Origin: Crocosphaera subtropica ATCC 51142
Lineage (GTDB): Bacteria; Cyanobacteriota; Cyanobacteriia; Cyanobacteriales; Microcystaceae
NCBI RefSeq assembly: GCF_000017845.1
Contig: NC_010546.1
Location: forward strand, 3,090,001 to 3,122,000
Length of the DNA stretch: 32,000 nucleotides
Direction: 5' to 3'
The position numbers and the translations under genes were made by a program. Positions within the stretch are counted from its first letter, which is position 1; each line of letters begins with the position of its first letter. Shown one piece after another: positions 18,961 through 26,519 of the stretch. Below the pieces are notes generated by a model. The model had not been told where the DNA came from and made no database searches. It saw nothing but the letters and a program-made list of their open reading frames with translations.

Positions 18961-21900
18961 ATGACCAATATTCCTGTTTATCTCAAAGCTAATGTTATTG
19001 TCGAACCCTTGATCAATCAATGGTATGCTTGGTCCTATTTAATTTCTCCTGCAACGGCGGCCATGTATGTGGCTAATGCTCACATTGAAATGATGGAATC
19101 ATTTGTGGCTGCACCTCACGTCCATTGTTCGGCATTGAAAAATCCTGCTATGATTGGGGGGCCGTTTATTAATTATGATGAAAGTCGCTTAGGAGAAATT
19201 AAAGGATTATTGGAGAGAACGAAACAGGAACAAAGACATTTAATAAACTTGGCACGAGCTATTGCTCAATTAGAACAAATTTTGAGCGAAGAAGCAAAGG
19301 GTTACTCGTTAGAACCCTTATATGAAAAGGTTCCAGAGGAGTTAAAAGGCTATGTAGAATTAGTTTATGACAGTTATAATCATCCGTCCATTCGTTTGAT
19401 CGAAAGATTGCTTTACCACAGCCCTTACTATAACCCTCACAGTCAAAGCATTGCCCTATCCTTAGAAAACCCCGATCGCCGTTCTTTTGTTCTTAGTACC
19501 CCTCGCTTGCCTTCTGTGCAAAATTTGCACATTAATTTACCGTTCAACGCACCACCACTGGATCAGTTCTTTGCAATGCGTCATACCCCTCAATCTTATG
19601 ATGAGATTAAAGAGGCTTTATCTATAAAATCAGACCAAGAAGCCTTATTTTCCTCCTTTTTTACCGAAGAAATTCCTAAAACGACGAAATCCTATGAAGG
19701 AGAAGGGGTAAGAATTCGTTATTTTGGTCATGCCTGTATCTTAATAGAAACCCAAGGGGTGAGTATTCTTTGTGATCCCCTCATTAGTAATGAAAACCCC
19801 ACAGGAATGCTTCGTTATAGCTATGCTGATTTACCACCTAAGATTGATTATGCTCTGATCACCCATAATCATCAAGATCATGTGATGCTAGAAACCTTGT
19901 TACAAATACGCCATAAAGTAGGTACGGTGGTGGTTCCGAAGAGTCACAAGGGACTGTTAATTGATCCGTCTCTGAAACTGGCTTTGGAATTTATCGGGTT
20001 TACTCAGGTGAGGGAAATGGATGAACTGGATACCATTGAGATTCCTGGGGGACAGATTATTAGTTTACCGTTTTTGGGGGAACATGGAGACTTAAATATT
20101 GGGGCAAAAACGGCTTATTTAATACAGGTAAAAGAGCGTTCGATTTTATGTGCAGCAGATTCCAATAATATTGAACCAAGGCTTTATGATCACTTATATG
20201 ATTTATTTGGCAATCTAGATGTTTTATTTATTGGCATGGAATGTGACGGTGCGCCCTATACTTGGGCTTATAACCCGTTATTAACAGGAACCCGTGCTAA
20301 GAAAATGGCAGAAACCCGGCGACTGGATGGCTCTGATGCTGAAAAAGCGATAGGATTGGTAGAACGGTTTTCTCCTCAACAGGTTTATGTCTATGCGATG
20401 GGTCAAGAACCTTGGTTAACCTATATTACGTCTCTTCAATATACGGATCAATCTCGTCCTATCATTGAATCTAACCGACTGGTGGAATATTGTCGCAACC
20501 GTAATATTATCAGTGGGCGATTATTGGGTCGTCAGGAGATGTTTTTGGAGGCAGAAGCAGGGAGTAAGGAGCAGGGAGTAGGGAGCAGGGAGCAGGGAGC
20601 AGAGGGAGCAGAGGGAGATCAGGTGAATAGGAAAGAGGGGGAGAAATCAATGAATGAGTTTTTAGCGGAATTGGAGCGTTTGGATATTAAACTACGGTTA
20701 GAAGGCGATCGCCTGCGATGTAATGCGCCGAAAGGGGTGTTAACGCCAGCTATCAAAGAAGCACTACAAACCCGTAAGTCTGAAATTATCGCTTTTTTGA
20801 CGCCACCAAAAACACAGGCAAATTTAAACGCTGAAGCGGTTATTGATTCCACCATTGTCCCCCAAACTCCCATCAAAATAGTTACAAAACCCGCTACAAT
20901 CTTTTTAACGGGCGCAACGGGGTTCTTAGGAACGTCCCTACTTTATGACTTATTAAAAGAGACTTCAGCGACCCTCTATTGCTTAGTTAGGGCTGAAACC
21001 GTCGAAGCAGGAAAAGAAAAACTCTGCCACGGACTAAAATTAAATTATGGTTGGGATGATGCCTTTGCGCCTCGTATGATTCCTCTGCTTGGAGACTTAT
21101 CTAAACCCTTACTAGGACTCTCCCCAGAACAGTTTCAGCAGATAGCAAGGGAAAGCGAGGTTATCTATCATAATGGGGCATGGGTGAATCATACAGCCCC
21201 TTATTCTCGCTTAAAGTCTACCAATGTTTTAGGAACCCAAGAAGTGCTACGCCTAGCCTGTGAGGGAAGGGCTAAACCCGTTCATTTTATTTCTACCGTC
21301 AGTGTGTTTAACCCTAATGATCTGTCTCAAAAACGGGTGATTAAAGAGAGCGATGCGTTAGACCCAGAGGAAGTTCCATTAGGGGGTTACGCCCAAAGTA
21401 AATGGGTTGCGGAAAAATTGGTTAAAATAGTGGAGGAAAGGGGTTTACCTGTGTCTATTTACCGCATTGGCCCGATTTCAGGTCATAGTCAAACGGGCCT
21501 TTTTAATCCCCATGATTTCCTGTATAAATTAATTATGGGCTATGTTCACTTAGGATCGGCTCCTGAAGGGGAAATGTTGTTAGATATTTTACCTGTGGAC
21601 TATGTGAGCCGTGCTATTGTTGATTTATCTCGGCAACCAGGATCGTTGGGTAAAGCTTTCCATTTGATTCATCCTCACCCTGTTTCTTCTAACCTTCTAT
21701 TTGAGCAACTGGAGGAGATGGGTTATCCTATTGAGCGGATTGCCTATGAACAGTGGTATACTAAGCTTTTAGCGGTGGCAAAGACTTCCTCGGAGCATCC
21801 TTTATATCCTTTAGTTCCCCTCTTCTCTGCTGTTCGCTCTGATGATGCCTCAGCTAAATCGTTTAATTTAAAATTTGATTGTTATAATACTTTCGAGGGA

Positions 21901-22008
21901 TTAAAGAATAGTTCTCTTACCTGTCCTCCTATCGATCACCCATTACTTAAAACTTATATCTCCTTTCTACTCGAAAACGGCTTTTTATCTACATCAAATG
22001 ATGATTAG
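18961..22008 (+). CDS. Tripartite fusion protein: CmlA-like di-iron (metallo-beta-lactamase fold) beta-hydroxylase (aa 1 to ~529), a low-complexity linker, an internal TubC-type docking domain (aa 564 to ~613), and a thioester reductase (TD/R) domain (aa ~645-1015) with no carrier domain
   Basis: 1015 aa. An N-terminal ~250-aa helical region (YLKANVIVEPLINQWYAWSYLISPATAAMY) is followed by an MBL core, YFGHACILIETQGVSILCDPL...ITHNHQDHV. The HxHxDH residues are H302/H304/D306/H307, with later acidic residues E374 (LGEHGD), D400 (AADS) and E427 (MECDG). Dock: MNEFLAELERLDIKLRLEGDRLRCNAPKGVLTPAIKEALQTRKSEIIAFL. R domain: IFLTGATGFLGTSLL (NAD(P)-binding), YCLVRA, GGYAQSKWVAEKLV (YxxxK), PVDYVSRAIV. 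Confidence 0.85.
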   Translation: MTNIPVYLKANVIVEPLINQWYAWSYLISPATAAMYVANAHIEMMESFVAAPHVHCSALKNPAMIGGPFINYDESRLGEIKGLLERTKQEQRHLINLARAIAQLEQILSEEAKGYSLEPLYEKVPEELKGYVELVYDSYNHPSIRLIERLLYHSPYYNPHSQSIALSLENPDRRSFVLSTPRLPSVQNLHINLPFNAPPLDQFFAMRHTPQSYDEIKEALSIKSDQEALFSSFFTEEIPKTTKSYEGEGVRIRYFGHACILIETQGVSILCDPLISNENPTGMLRYSYADLPPKIDYALITHNHQDHVMLETLLQIRHKVGTVVVPKSHKGLLIDPSLKLALEFIGFTQVREMDELDTIEIPGGQIISLPFLGEHGDLNIGAKTAYLIQVKERSILCAADSNNIEPRLYDHLYDLFGNLDVLFIGMECDGAPYTWAYNPLLTGTRAKKMAETRRLDGSDAEKAIGLVERFSPQQVYVYAMGQEPWLTYITSLQYTDQSRPIIESNRLVEYCRNRNIISGRLLGRQEMFLEAEAGSKEQGVGSREQGAEGAEGDQVNRKEGEKSMNEFLAELERLDIKLRLEGDRLRCNAPKGVLTPAIKEALQTRKSEIIAFLTPPKTQANLNAEAVIDSTIVPQTPIKIVTKPATIFLTGATGFLGTSLLYDLLKETSATLYCLVRAETVEAGKEKLCHGLKLNYGWDDAFAPRMIPLLGDLSKPLLGLSPEQFQQIARESEVIYHNGAWVNHTAPYSRLKSTNVLGTQEVLRLACEGRAKPVHFISTVSVFNPNDLSQKRVIKESDALDPEEVPLGGYAQSKWVAEKLVKIVEERGLPVSIYRIGPISGHSQTGLFNPHDFLYKLIMGYVHLGSAPEGEMLLDILPVDYVSRAIVDLSRQPGSLGKAFHLIHPHPVSSNLLFEQLEEMGYPIERIAYEQWYTKLLAVAKTSSEHPLYPLVPLFSAVRSDDASAKSFNLKFDCYNTFEGLKNSSLTCPPIDHPLLKTYISFLLENGFLSTSNDD
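20547..20617 (+). repeat. Purine-rich short tandem repeat inside a CDS: seven consecutive heptamers AG[C/T]A[A/G][A/G]G (20556-20604), then 2 x AGCAGAGGG. It encodes the linker EAEAGSKEQGVGSREQGAEGAEG.
   Basis: Read directly: agcaggg agtaagg agcaggg agtaggg agcaggg agcaggg agcagag ggagcagagggag. The same motif family forms the cores of the three MITE-like copies and occurs at 15310-15333 and 18072-18100. Confidence 0.9.
20650..20799 (+). other. Internal TubC-N-type (beta-hairpin) docking domain, preceded by its own SD-like GAGGGGGAG and an in-frame ATG. This is a possible internal translation start for a dock-reductase protein.
   Basis: ATG at 20650-20652 is residue M564 and is in frame ((20650-18961)/3 = 563). 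gagggggag lies at 20635-20643. The domain is roughly 50% identical to aa 5-53 of NRPS-1, and this domain class is normally at a protein N-terminus. Confidence 0.6.
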
Positions 22009-22076
22009 GAAGAGTTTGAACCGTCTCAAACAAATTTTCCCCTATTTATAACTTTTGACTTCTTCACTTATGTCCT

Positions 22077-22991
22077 ATGACTTCCCAAACCCCCCACACG
22101 TCCCCAACCATGCTTACTGAAGACCGCTATACTGAATACGATACTTGGGCCTGGCTTTATAACGAAACGATGGGGCCTGAGTATGGTAAAAATCAAGAAA
22201 AGCCGATAGAAACCCTGTTACTGTCTCGCCTAGGAGAAGAGGCCACACTGCTGGATCTCTGTTGTGGAACGGGGCATTTAACTCAACAATTACTAGAAAA
22301 AGGGTATCAAGTTACGGGATTTGATGGCTCTGAGGGAATGTTAGCTTATGCGAGACAAAATGCCCCAAACGGTAGGTTTTTGGTCGGAGATGCCCGTGGG
22401 TTCAATTTGCCGAATGAGTTTGATGGGGTTGTTTCAAGCAGTGCTTCTCTCAATCATATTTTAAGTCTAGAAGATTTAAAAAAGGTCTTCGAGAATGTTT
22501 ATATAGCTTTGCGAAACAATGGGTTATTCTTATTTGATATGAATCATCCCGAACAGATGAAAAAATGGTGGAAAGGTAAAATTGTTGAGGGAGAAATTGC
22601 TGATGAGTATGCTTGGATGTTAGTTCCTAATTATAATGCTGAAGATAAGACAGGGAATTTTGCCATTACCCTTTTCCAAGCTCCCAATAGTCAATATTTT
22701 TCTTTATGGTCTGTGTTGAAATATCCTTTTAAGCAACTTTTATATAAACTTTTAAACTTAAGGCTATTGACTCGATTTCGGTTAAAATTATTAGCCAATT
22801 TTTCAACATGGGAAAAAGAATGGCAGCGATCGCAAATGGTTTATCAAGTAAGAGGATATGATGTAGAAGAGATTAAAATGCTTTTAGAATCAGTAGGTTT
22901 TGTTGACGTAGAGATCCGAATTATTGACGGAAGTTGTAACTTAGATAGTAATCATTCCGCTTATTTTATCTGTCGTAAACCAAGTACATAA
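22077..22991 (+). CDS. Class I SAM-dependent methyltransferase
   Basis: 304 aa. Motif I LLDLCCGTGHLTQQLLEKGYQVTGFDGSEGML, post-I GDARGF, motif II/III region FDGVVSSSASLNHI...LRNNGLFLFD. An alternative start is Met12 (22110). Confidence 0.85.
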   Translation: MTSQTPHTSPTMLTEDRYTEYDTWAWLYNETMGPEYGKNQEKPIETLLLSRLGEEATLLDLCCGTGHLTQQLLEKGYQVTGFDGSEGMLAYARQNAPNGRFLVGDARGFNLPNEFDGVVSSSASLNHILSLEDLKKVFENVYIALRNNGLFLFDMNHPEQMKKWWKGKIVEGEIADEYAWMLVPNYNAEDKTGNFAITLFQAPNSQYFSLWSVLKYPFKQLLYKLLNLRLLTRFRLKLLANFSTWEKEWQRSQMVYQVRGYDVEEIKMLLESVGFVDVEIRIIDGSCNLDSNHSAYFICRKPST

Positions 22992-23013
22992 TTAATTATA
23001 AATCAGTAACCAT

Positions 23014-24504
23014 ATGCAAGTTAGTTCTAAAAATAAATCAGAGATTCAGGCACAAGCTCTAAAAAACTTAATTGAATCTCATACCCAAAAAACGGCTAAA
23101 TCAAAACAACTCGCCCAACAAAACCGTCCAATTTTAGCCGATCGCAGTGCCTTGGGCATTAAGTTTTCTCCTAACCTCAAAGAAATCTGTTATCCTATTA
23201 TTATAGAACGCTCTAAAGGGCCCAAAATTTGGGATATTGACGGCAACGAATACGTTGATATTCTGATGGGATTAGGGATTAATTTATTTGGTCATAATCC
23301 CGACTTTATCAAAAAAGCGATCGCTCAACAACTAGAACAAGGTATACAAGTCGGTTCTCAAACCACCTTAGCTGCTGAAGTCGCCCAGTTAGTCAAAGAC
23401 TTGACAGGTGTGGAACGGGTGGCCTTGAGTAATACAGGAACAGAAGCGATCATGGCGGCCATTCGGATAGCCAGATCAGTCACCAAACGTCCGAAAATAG
23501 CCCTATTTACCAACTCCTATCATGGTCATAGCGATCAAACTTTGGTCAGAGCAACCTTGGCTGAATATGCGAAAAAAGCCATAAATCGTAAAATTGTTGA
23601 AAAAACAGCCAATAATAACTGGTTAAACAAGCTAACTCGTCCCCTACAAAGCCAACTGCAAAACAACCTTAACCCCAAAGCGGTTCCGGCTGCCTTGGGT
23701 ATTCCCCCCAGTCTAGCCAAGGATGTCTTGGTGCTAGAATACGGTAACGATCGCTCCCTAGACATCATTAAAGCCTACCGCCAGCAACTGGCCGCCATTT
23801 TAGTCGAACCCGTTCAAAGTCGATGTCCAGAGTTGCAACCCCAAGCTTTTCTCAAAACCTTACGGCAAGTGACCCAAGAAGCAGATATTGCCCTTATTTT
23901 TGATGAAATGGTGACTGGGTTTCGTATTCATCAGGGAGGCGCACAAGCATGGTTTGGGGTAGAAGCTGATATTGTCACCTATAGTAAGATTGCGGGTGGA
24001 GGGTTACCTTTATCTATTATTGCAGGGAAAGCAGCTTATTTAGACCGTATTGATGGGGGAATGTGGCAGTTTGGGGATGACTCATCTCCCCTTGTTGAAC
24101 CCACCTTTTTTGCAGGAACCTATTGTAAACATCCCCTCTCCTTAGCTGCGGCCAAAGCAACTTTAGATCATCTCAAAACTGAGGGGCTTAGCCTTCAAGA
24201 CGGACTTAACCGCAAAACAGCGAAATTCGTTACTATTTTAAACAGTGAACTGAAAGCTAGAGATAGGCCCATACAATTCACTTATTTTGGCTCATTTTTC
24301 GCCTTGGATCTTTCTCAAAGTGTTATTTCACCCTTAGCCCTCAACTTACTGTCCTATTATTTACTCCGTCGAGGGGTGCATTTACGGCAAGGTGATCGGG
24401 GTGGCTTTTTATCCACAGCCCATACTGAGGATGATATTAAGTTTATCATCCAGGGCTTTTTAGACAGTATCAATGACTTACAAATGGGAGGATTTTTAGG
24501 TTAA
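23014..24504 (+). CDS. Class-III PLP-dependent aminotransferase (glutamate-1-semialdehyde aminomutase-like, of the kind found as AMT domains in hybrid NRPS/PKS lines)
   Basis: 496 aa. KGPKIWDIDGNEYVDILMGLGINLFGHNP, SNTGTEAIMAAIRIARSVTKRPKIALFTNSYHGHSD, FDEMVTGFR, and the PLP-lysine context DIVTYSKIAGGGLPLS. It contains a ~55-aa insertion (AEYAKKAINRKIVEKTANNNWLNKLTRPLQSQLQNNLNPK). Confidence 0.85.
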   Translation: MQVSSKNKSEIQAQALKNLIESHTQKTAKSKQLAQQNRPILADRSALGIKFSPNLKEICYPIIIERSKGPKIWDIDGNEYVDILMGLGINLFGHNPDFIKKAIAQQLEQGIQVGSQTTLAAEVAQLVKDLTGVERVALSNTGTEAIMAAIRIARSVTKRPKIALFTNSYHGHSDQTLVRATLAEYAKKAINRKIVEKTANNNWLNKLTRPLQSQLQNNLNPKAVPAALGIPPSLAKDVLVLEYGNDRSLDIIKAYRQQLAAILVEPVQSRCPELQPQAFLKTLRQVTQEADIALIFDEMVTGFRIHQGGAQAWFGVEADIVTYSKIAGGGLPLSIIAGKAAYLDRIDGGMWQFGDDSSPLVEPTFFAGTYCKHPLSLAAAKATLDHLKTEGLSLQDGLNRKTAKFVTILNSELKARDRPIQFTYFGSFFALDLSQSVISPLALNLLSYYLLRRGVHLRQGDRGGFLSTAHTEDDIKFIIQGFLDSINDLQMGGFLG

Positions 24505-24561
24505 GCTAATTAATTTATTTATTGATGAAACAGTTTAAAACAATCAAGGAGGTTTACCAAT

Positions 24562-24861
24562 ATGGCAGTTATGGGAAAATATTGTAAGGCATATCTTTTA
24601 AAAGATTTACGTCAATTTAGTCAGTGGACTGAACAAGCAGAAAATGTCAGGGAAGAAACCCAAGAGGTTGAAGGGAAGCAAGTTCAAGTTAAGCGAAAAT
24701 TAAGGGATGATGATTTTCTCTATTTACAAGAAAATTATGTGGTTACCGATGGCATTTTTAAGGATGAAAACATTATTTTTGACAAGGTAACTGATGACTG
24801 GAAAGACTTTTGTAACAATAGACTCCAGTTTGAAATCCCTTTAGCTGTTGAGTCTAATTAA
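24562..24861 (+). CDS. Conserved hypothetical protein (99 aa)
   Basis: AGGAGG lies about 10 nt upstream. The N-terminal GKYCKAY.L..LR.F..W motif resembles a small cyanobacterial protein family of unknown function (from memory). No catalytic motif was recognised. Confidence 0.55.
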   Translation: MAVMGKYCKAYLLKDLRQFSQWTEQAENVREETQEVEGKQVQVKRKLRDDDFLYLQENYVVTDGIFKDENIIFDKVTDDWKDFCNNRLQFEIPLAVESN

Positions 24862-25008
24862 TGGGAAAAGTTGTAATTTTCCTTGATAAATCTGAGCAAT
24901 GATTTATGGAGCAACTATGTTTATTCCTTGAGTTGAAAAATCAAAATGAACCCAGTATAATCATTCCATGAAAAGCTGACAATCAATCTAAATTAATTGG
25001 AGAAAACC

Positions 25009-25230
25009 ATGCAACAAGATCACAGAGAAGATACAACGATCTATCGAGTTGTGGTCAACCACGAAGAACAATATTCTATTTGGCCAGAGTATCGAGACAT
25101 TCCTCCAGGTTGGCGAGATACAGGAAAAAGTGGACAAAAACAAGAGTGTCTTGACTATATCAAAGAAGTTTGGACAGATATGCGTCCTCTCAGTTTACGC
25201 AAAAAAATGGAAGAATCTGCTCATGGTTAG
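25009..25230 (+). CDS. MbtH-like protein (NRPS adenylation-domain chaperone)
   Basis: [49 protein letters not shown] carries the N.E.QYS.WP...P.GW...G....CL.YI...WTDMRP signature. I chose the ATG at 25009 (GGAG 7-10 nt upstream) over the track start at 24997, which is a TTG. Confidence 0.9.
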   Translation: MQQDHREDTTIYRVVVNHEEQYSIWPEYRDIPPGWRDTGKSGQKQECLDYIKEVWTDMRPLSLRKKMEESAHG

Positions 25231-25272
25231 CTTGCCTAAAATCGAGCAGCTAATCGATCAATTGACCACTTT

Positions 25273-25734
25273 ATGACCCAACCTTATCCTAACTATTTAC
25301 TTGAGTTGCTAGTTCCTTGGGACTTACCCATCGAACAGCAACTTGATGAGTTTGATAAGGAACAATTAACCAAAATACTTGATCAATTTTTACAAGCTTT
25401 AGAACAACCATCCCCAGAAAAAGAACGCATTATTATTGAGCAAATATTAGTCTCCCTTGAAACAATAGAAGTGTTTCCTGTTGAGATTCCCTCAACAAAA
25501 TCTTATCTTGAAAATTGGGAGGTTGCTGATTACGATAAATATTTTGATGTTATGCGTGTACAAAGTGCTAAACCTGCATTTTCCCTATTAAAAGGAGTTG
25601 TGATCGCTTACCACGCCTTTTTATCACTTCATTATCAAAATAAACAATTAAACTCAACACAAATAGTATTGCAAAAGCAAGGATTTATTAGTTATGCTTG
25701 TTTACTGATTAGAGTGTGTGATTTACCCTTATAA
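25273..25734 (+). CDS. Hypothetical protein (153 aa), acidic and predicted helical, no recognisable motif
   Basis: The ORF follows the MbtH-like gene after 42 nt on the same strand inside the NRPS cluster. I recognise no family. Confidence 0.45.
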   Translation: MTQPYPNYLLELLVPWDLPIEQQLDEFDKEQLTKILDQFLQALEQPSPEKERIIIEQILVSLETIEVFPVEIPSTKSYLENWEVADYDKYFDVMRVQSAKPAFSLLKGVVIAYHAFLSLHYQNKQLNSTQIVLQKQGFISYACLLIRVCDLPL

Positions 25735-25842
25735 AAACCGATGATTTTTTTGAATAAGTATTAACAAAAAACCAGAATAAGTGGCTAAACAAAATTACTT
25801 ACACATCAACACTAGCGAATTAATTTTGCACAACTACTGAAT

Positions 25843-26370
25843 ATGAATAAACTTAACTCTGTACAAACTTGGAAAGGCTTTCACTGGGCTTTTTTTATCA
25901 ATATCCAGGGACTCATTATCTGTCTACAACGCTTTGAAAAATATGTAATGACTGAGGATATTCCCAAAGCAAAAATTGAACTAGAAACAGCAACACAGCT
26001 AATTTTAGCCTCTGGTGCAGCCATGCAACTCGCAGGAAGTTTTAACCGACAAGAATATGAAAATAAAGTGCGTCAAACCATGACTCCGCCTTCTGTACAG
26101 TCAGAAAATTTTAGCGGTTTGATGTCTTGGGAACACGCTTCTTTAATACAGCTTTGGAAAAAACTTCGACCTGTTTTTGAAACTTTACCACCGTCTTTAA
26201 AACCACATCATGAAAAGTTTGTTGCTGCTTATTTTAGTCTGATTAATTCCCATAAAAAAGTTTGTAAAAAATTTGGTGGTGGCGAATCAGGAAGTTTACG
26301 GTTTGGTAATACAAAAGCCGTTGATACCTTGGAAAAATTTGGTCATGGGCGAGCTAAACTGATTAAGTAA
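25843..26370 (+). CDS. Hypothetical protein (175 aa), helical. The stop codon lies in the terminus of MITE copy 2.
   Basis: ORF in the cluster. Motifs FSGLMSWEH and SHKKVCKKFGGGESGS are noted, but I cannot place them in a family. Confidence 0.5.
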   Translation: MNKLNSVQTWKGFHWAFFINIQGLIICLQRFEKYVMTEDIPKAKIELETATQLILASGAAMQLAGSFNRQEYENKVRQTMTPPSVQSENFSGLMSWEHASLIQLWKKLRPVFETLPPSLKPHHEKFVAAYFSLINSHKKVCKKFGGGESGSLRFGNTKAVDTLEKFGHGRAKLIK

Positions 26371-26500
26371 TATGAAATCTCTTTGAATACTATACTTTAT
26401 AGTAGGATAAGTAGGGGGAGCAGAGGAGGCAGAGGAAGCAGGGGAGAAGGGGTTTACAGTCATGATTTTAATGATGAGGAATTAAGCAGATTTTATATAA
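26368..26500 (+). mobile_element. MITE-like small dispersed repeat, copy 2 (full length, ~130 bp), filling the gap between two convergent genes
   Basis: Terminal inverted repeats: atatgaaatct (26370-26380) versus agattttatat (26488-26498), 10/11 complementary. The body has a purine-rich core (26411-26452) and the module gtttacagtcatgattttaatgatgag.attaagc, which is shared with copy 3. Confidence 0.7.
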
Positions 26501-26519
26501 CTCTTTTTAAGAATTGGTA

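Noticed and set aside
11635-23768. Short antisense or off-frame ORFs inside the receptor, NRPS-1, fusion and aminotransferase genes (for example 11635, 12109, 12382, 12921, 16066, 16459, 16813, 17531, 18305, 20619, 23535)
   Set aside because: Each lies entirely within a long ORF that carries strong domain signatures. There is no independent evidence for any of them.
24864-24882. The GGAAAA-N7-TTTTCC hairpin after the 99-aa ORF as a terminator
   Set aside because: The stem is only 6 bp of A/T-rich pairing and no clear U-tract follows. It is not convincing.
24997-25276. The TTG start at 24997 for the MbtH-like gene, and the overlapping ORF 25049..25276
   Set aside because: The ATG at 25009 has a GGAG box at proper spacing and gives a typical MbtH length. 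The overlapping frame has no motif and overlaps a clear MbtH signature.
25273-26370. The idea that the 153-aa and 175-aa ORFs are one gene split by a mutation, since both are in the same frame
   Set aside because: The 108-nt gap read in that frame contains four stop codons (25732, 25762, 25786, 25813). A single-mutation split is therefore not supported, and the shared frame is probably coincidence.
25843-26370. Resemblance of FSGLMSWEH and HKKVCKKFGGGESGS to the tryptophan 2,3-dioxygenase motifs (SGFQS.QFR and H...GTGGSSG)
   Set aside because: The protein is far too short (175 aa). The spacing between the motifs is about one third of that in TDO, and the substrate-binding Arg is absent. It is worth an HHpred check only.
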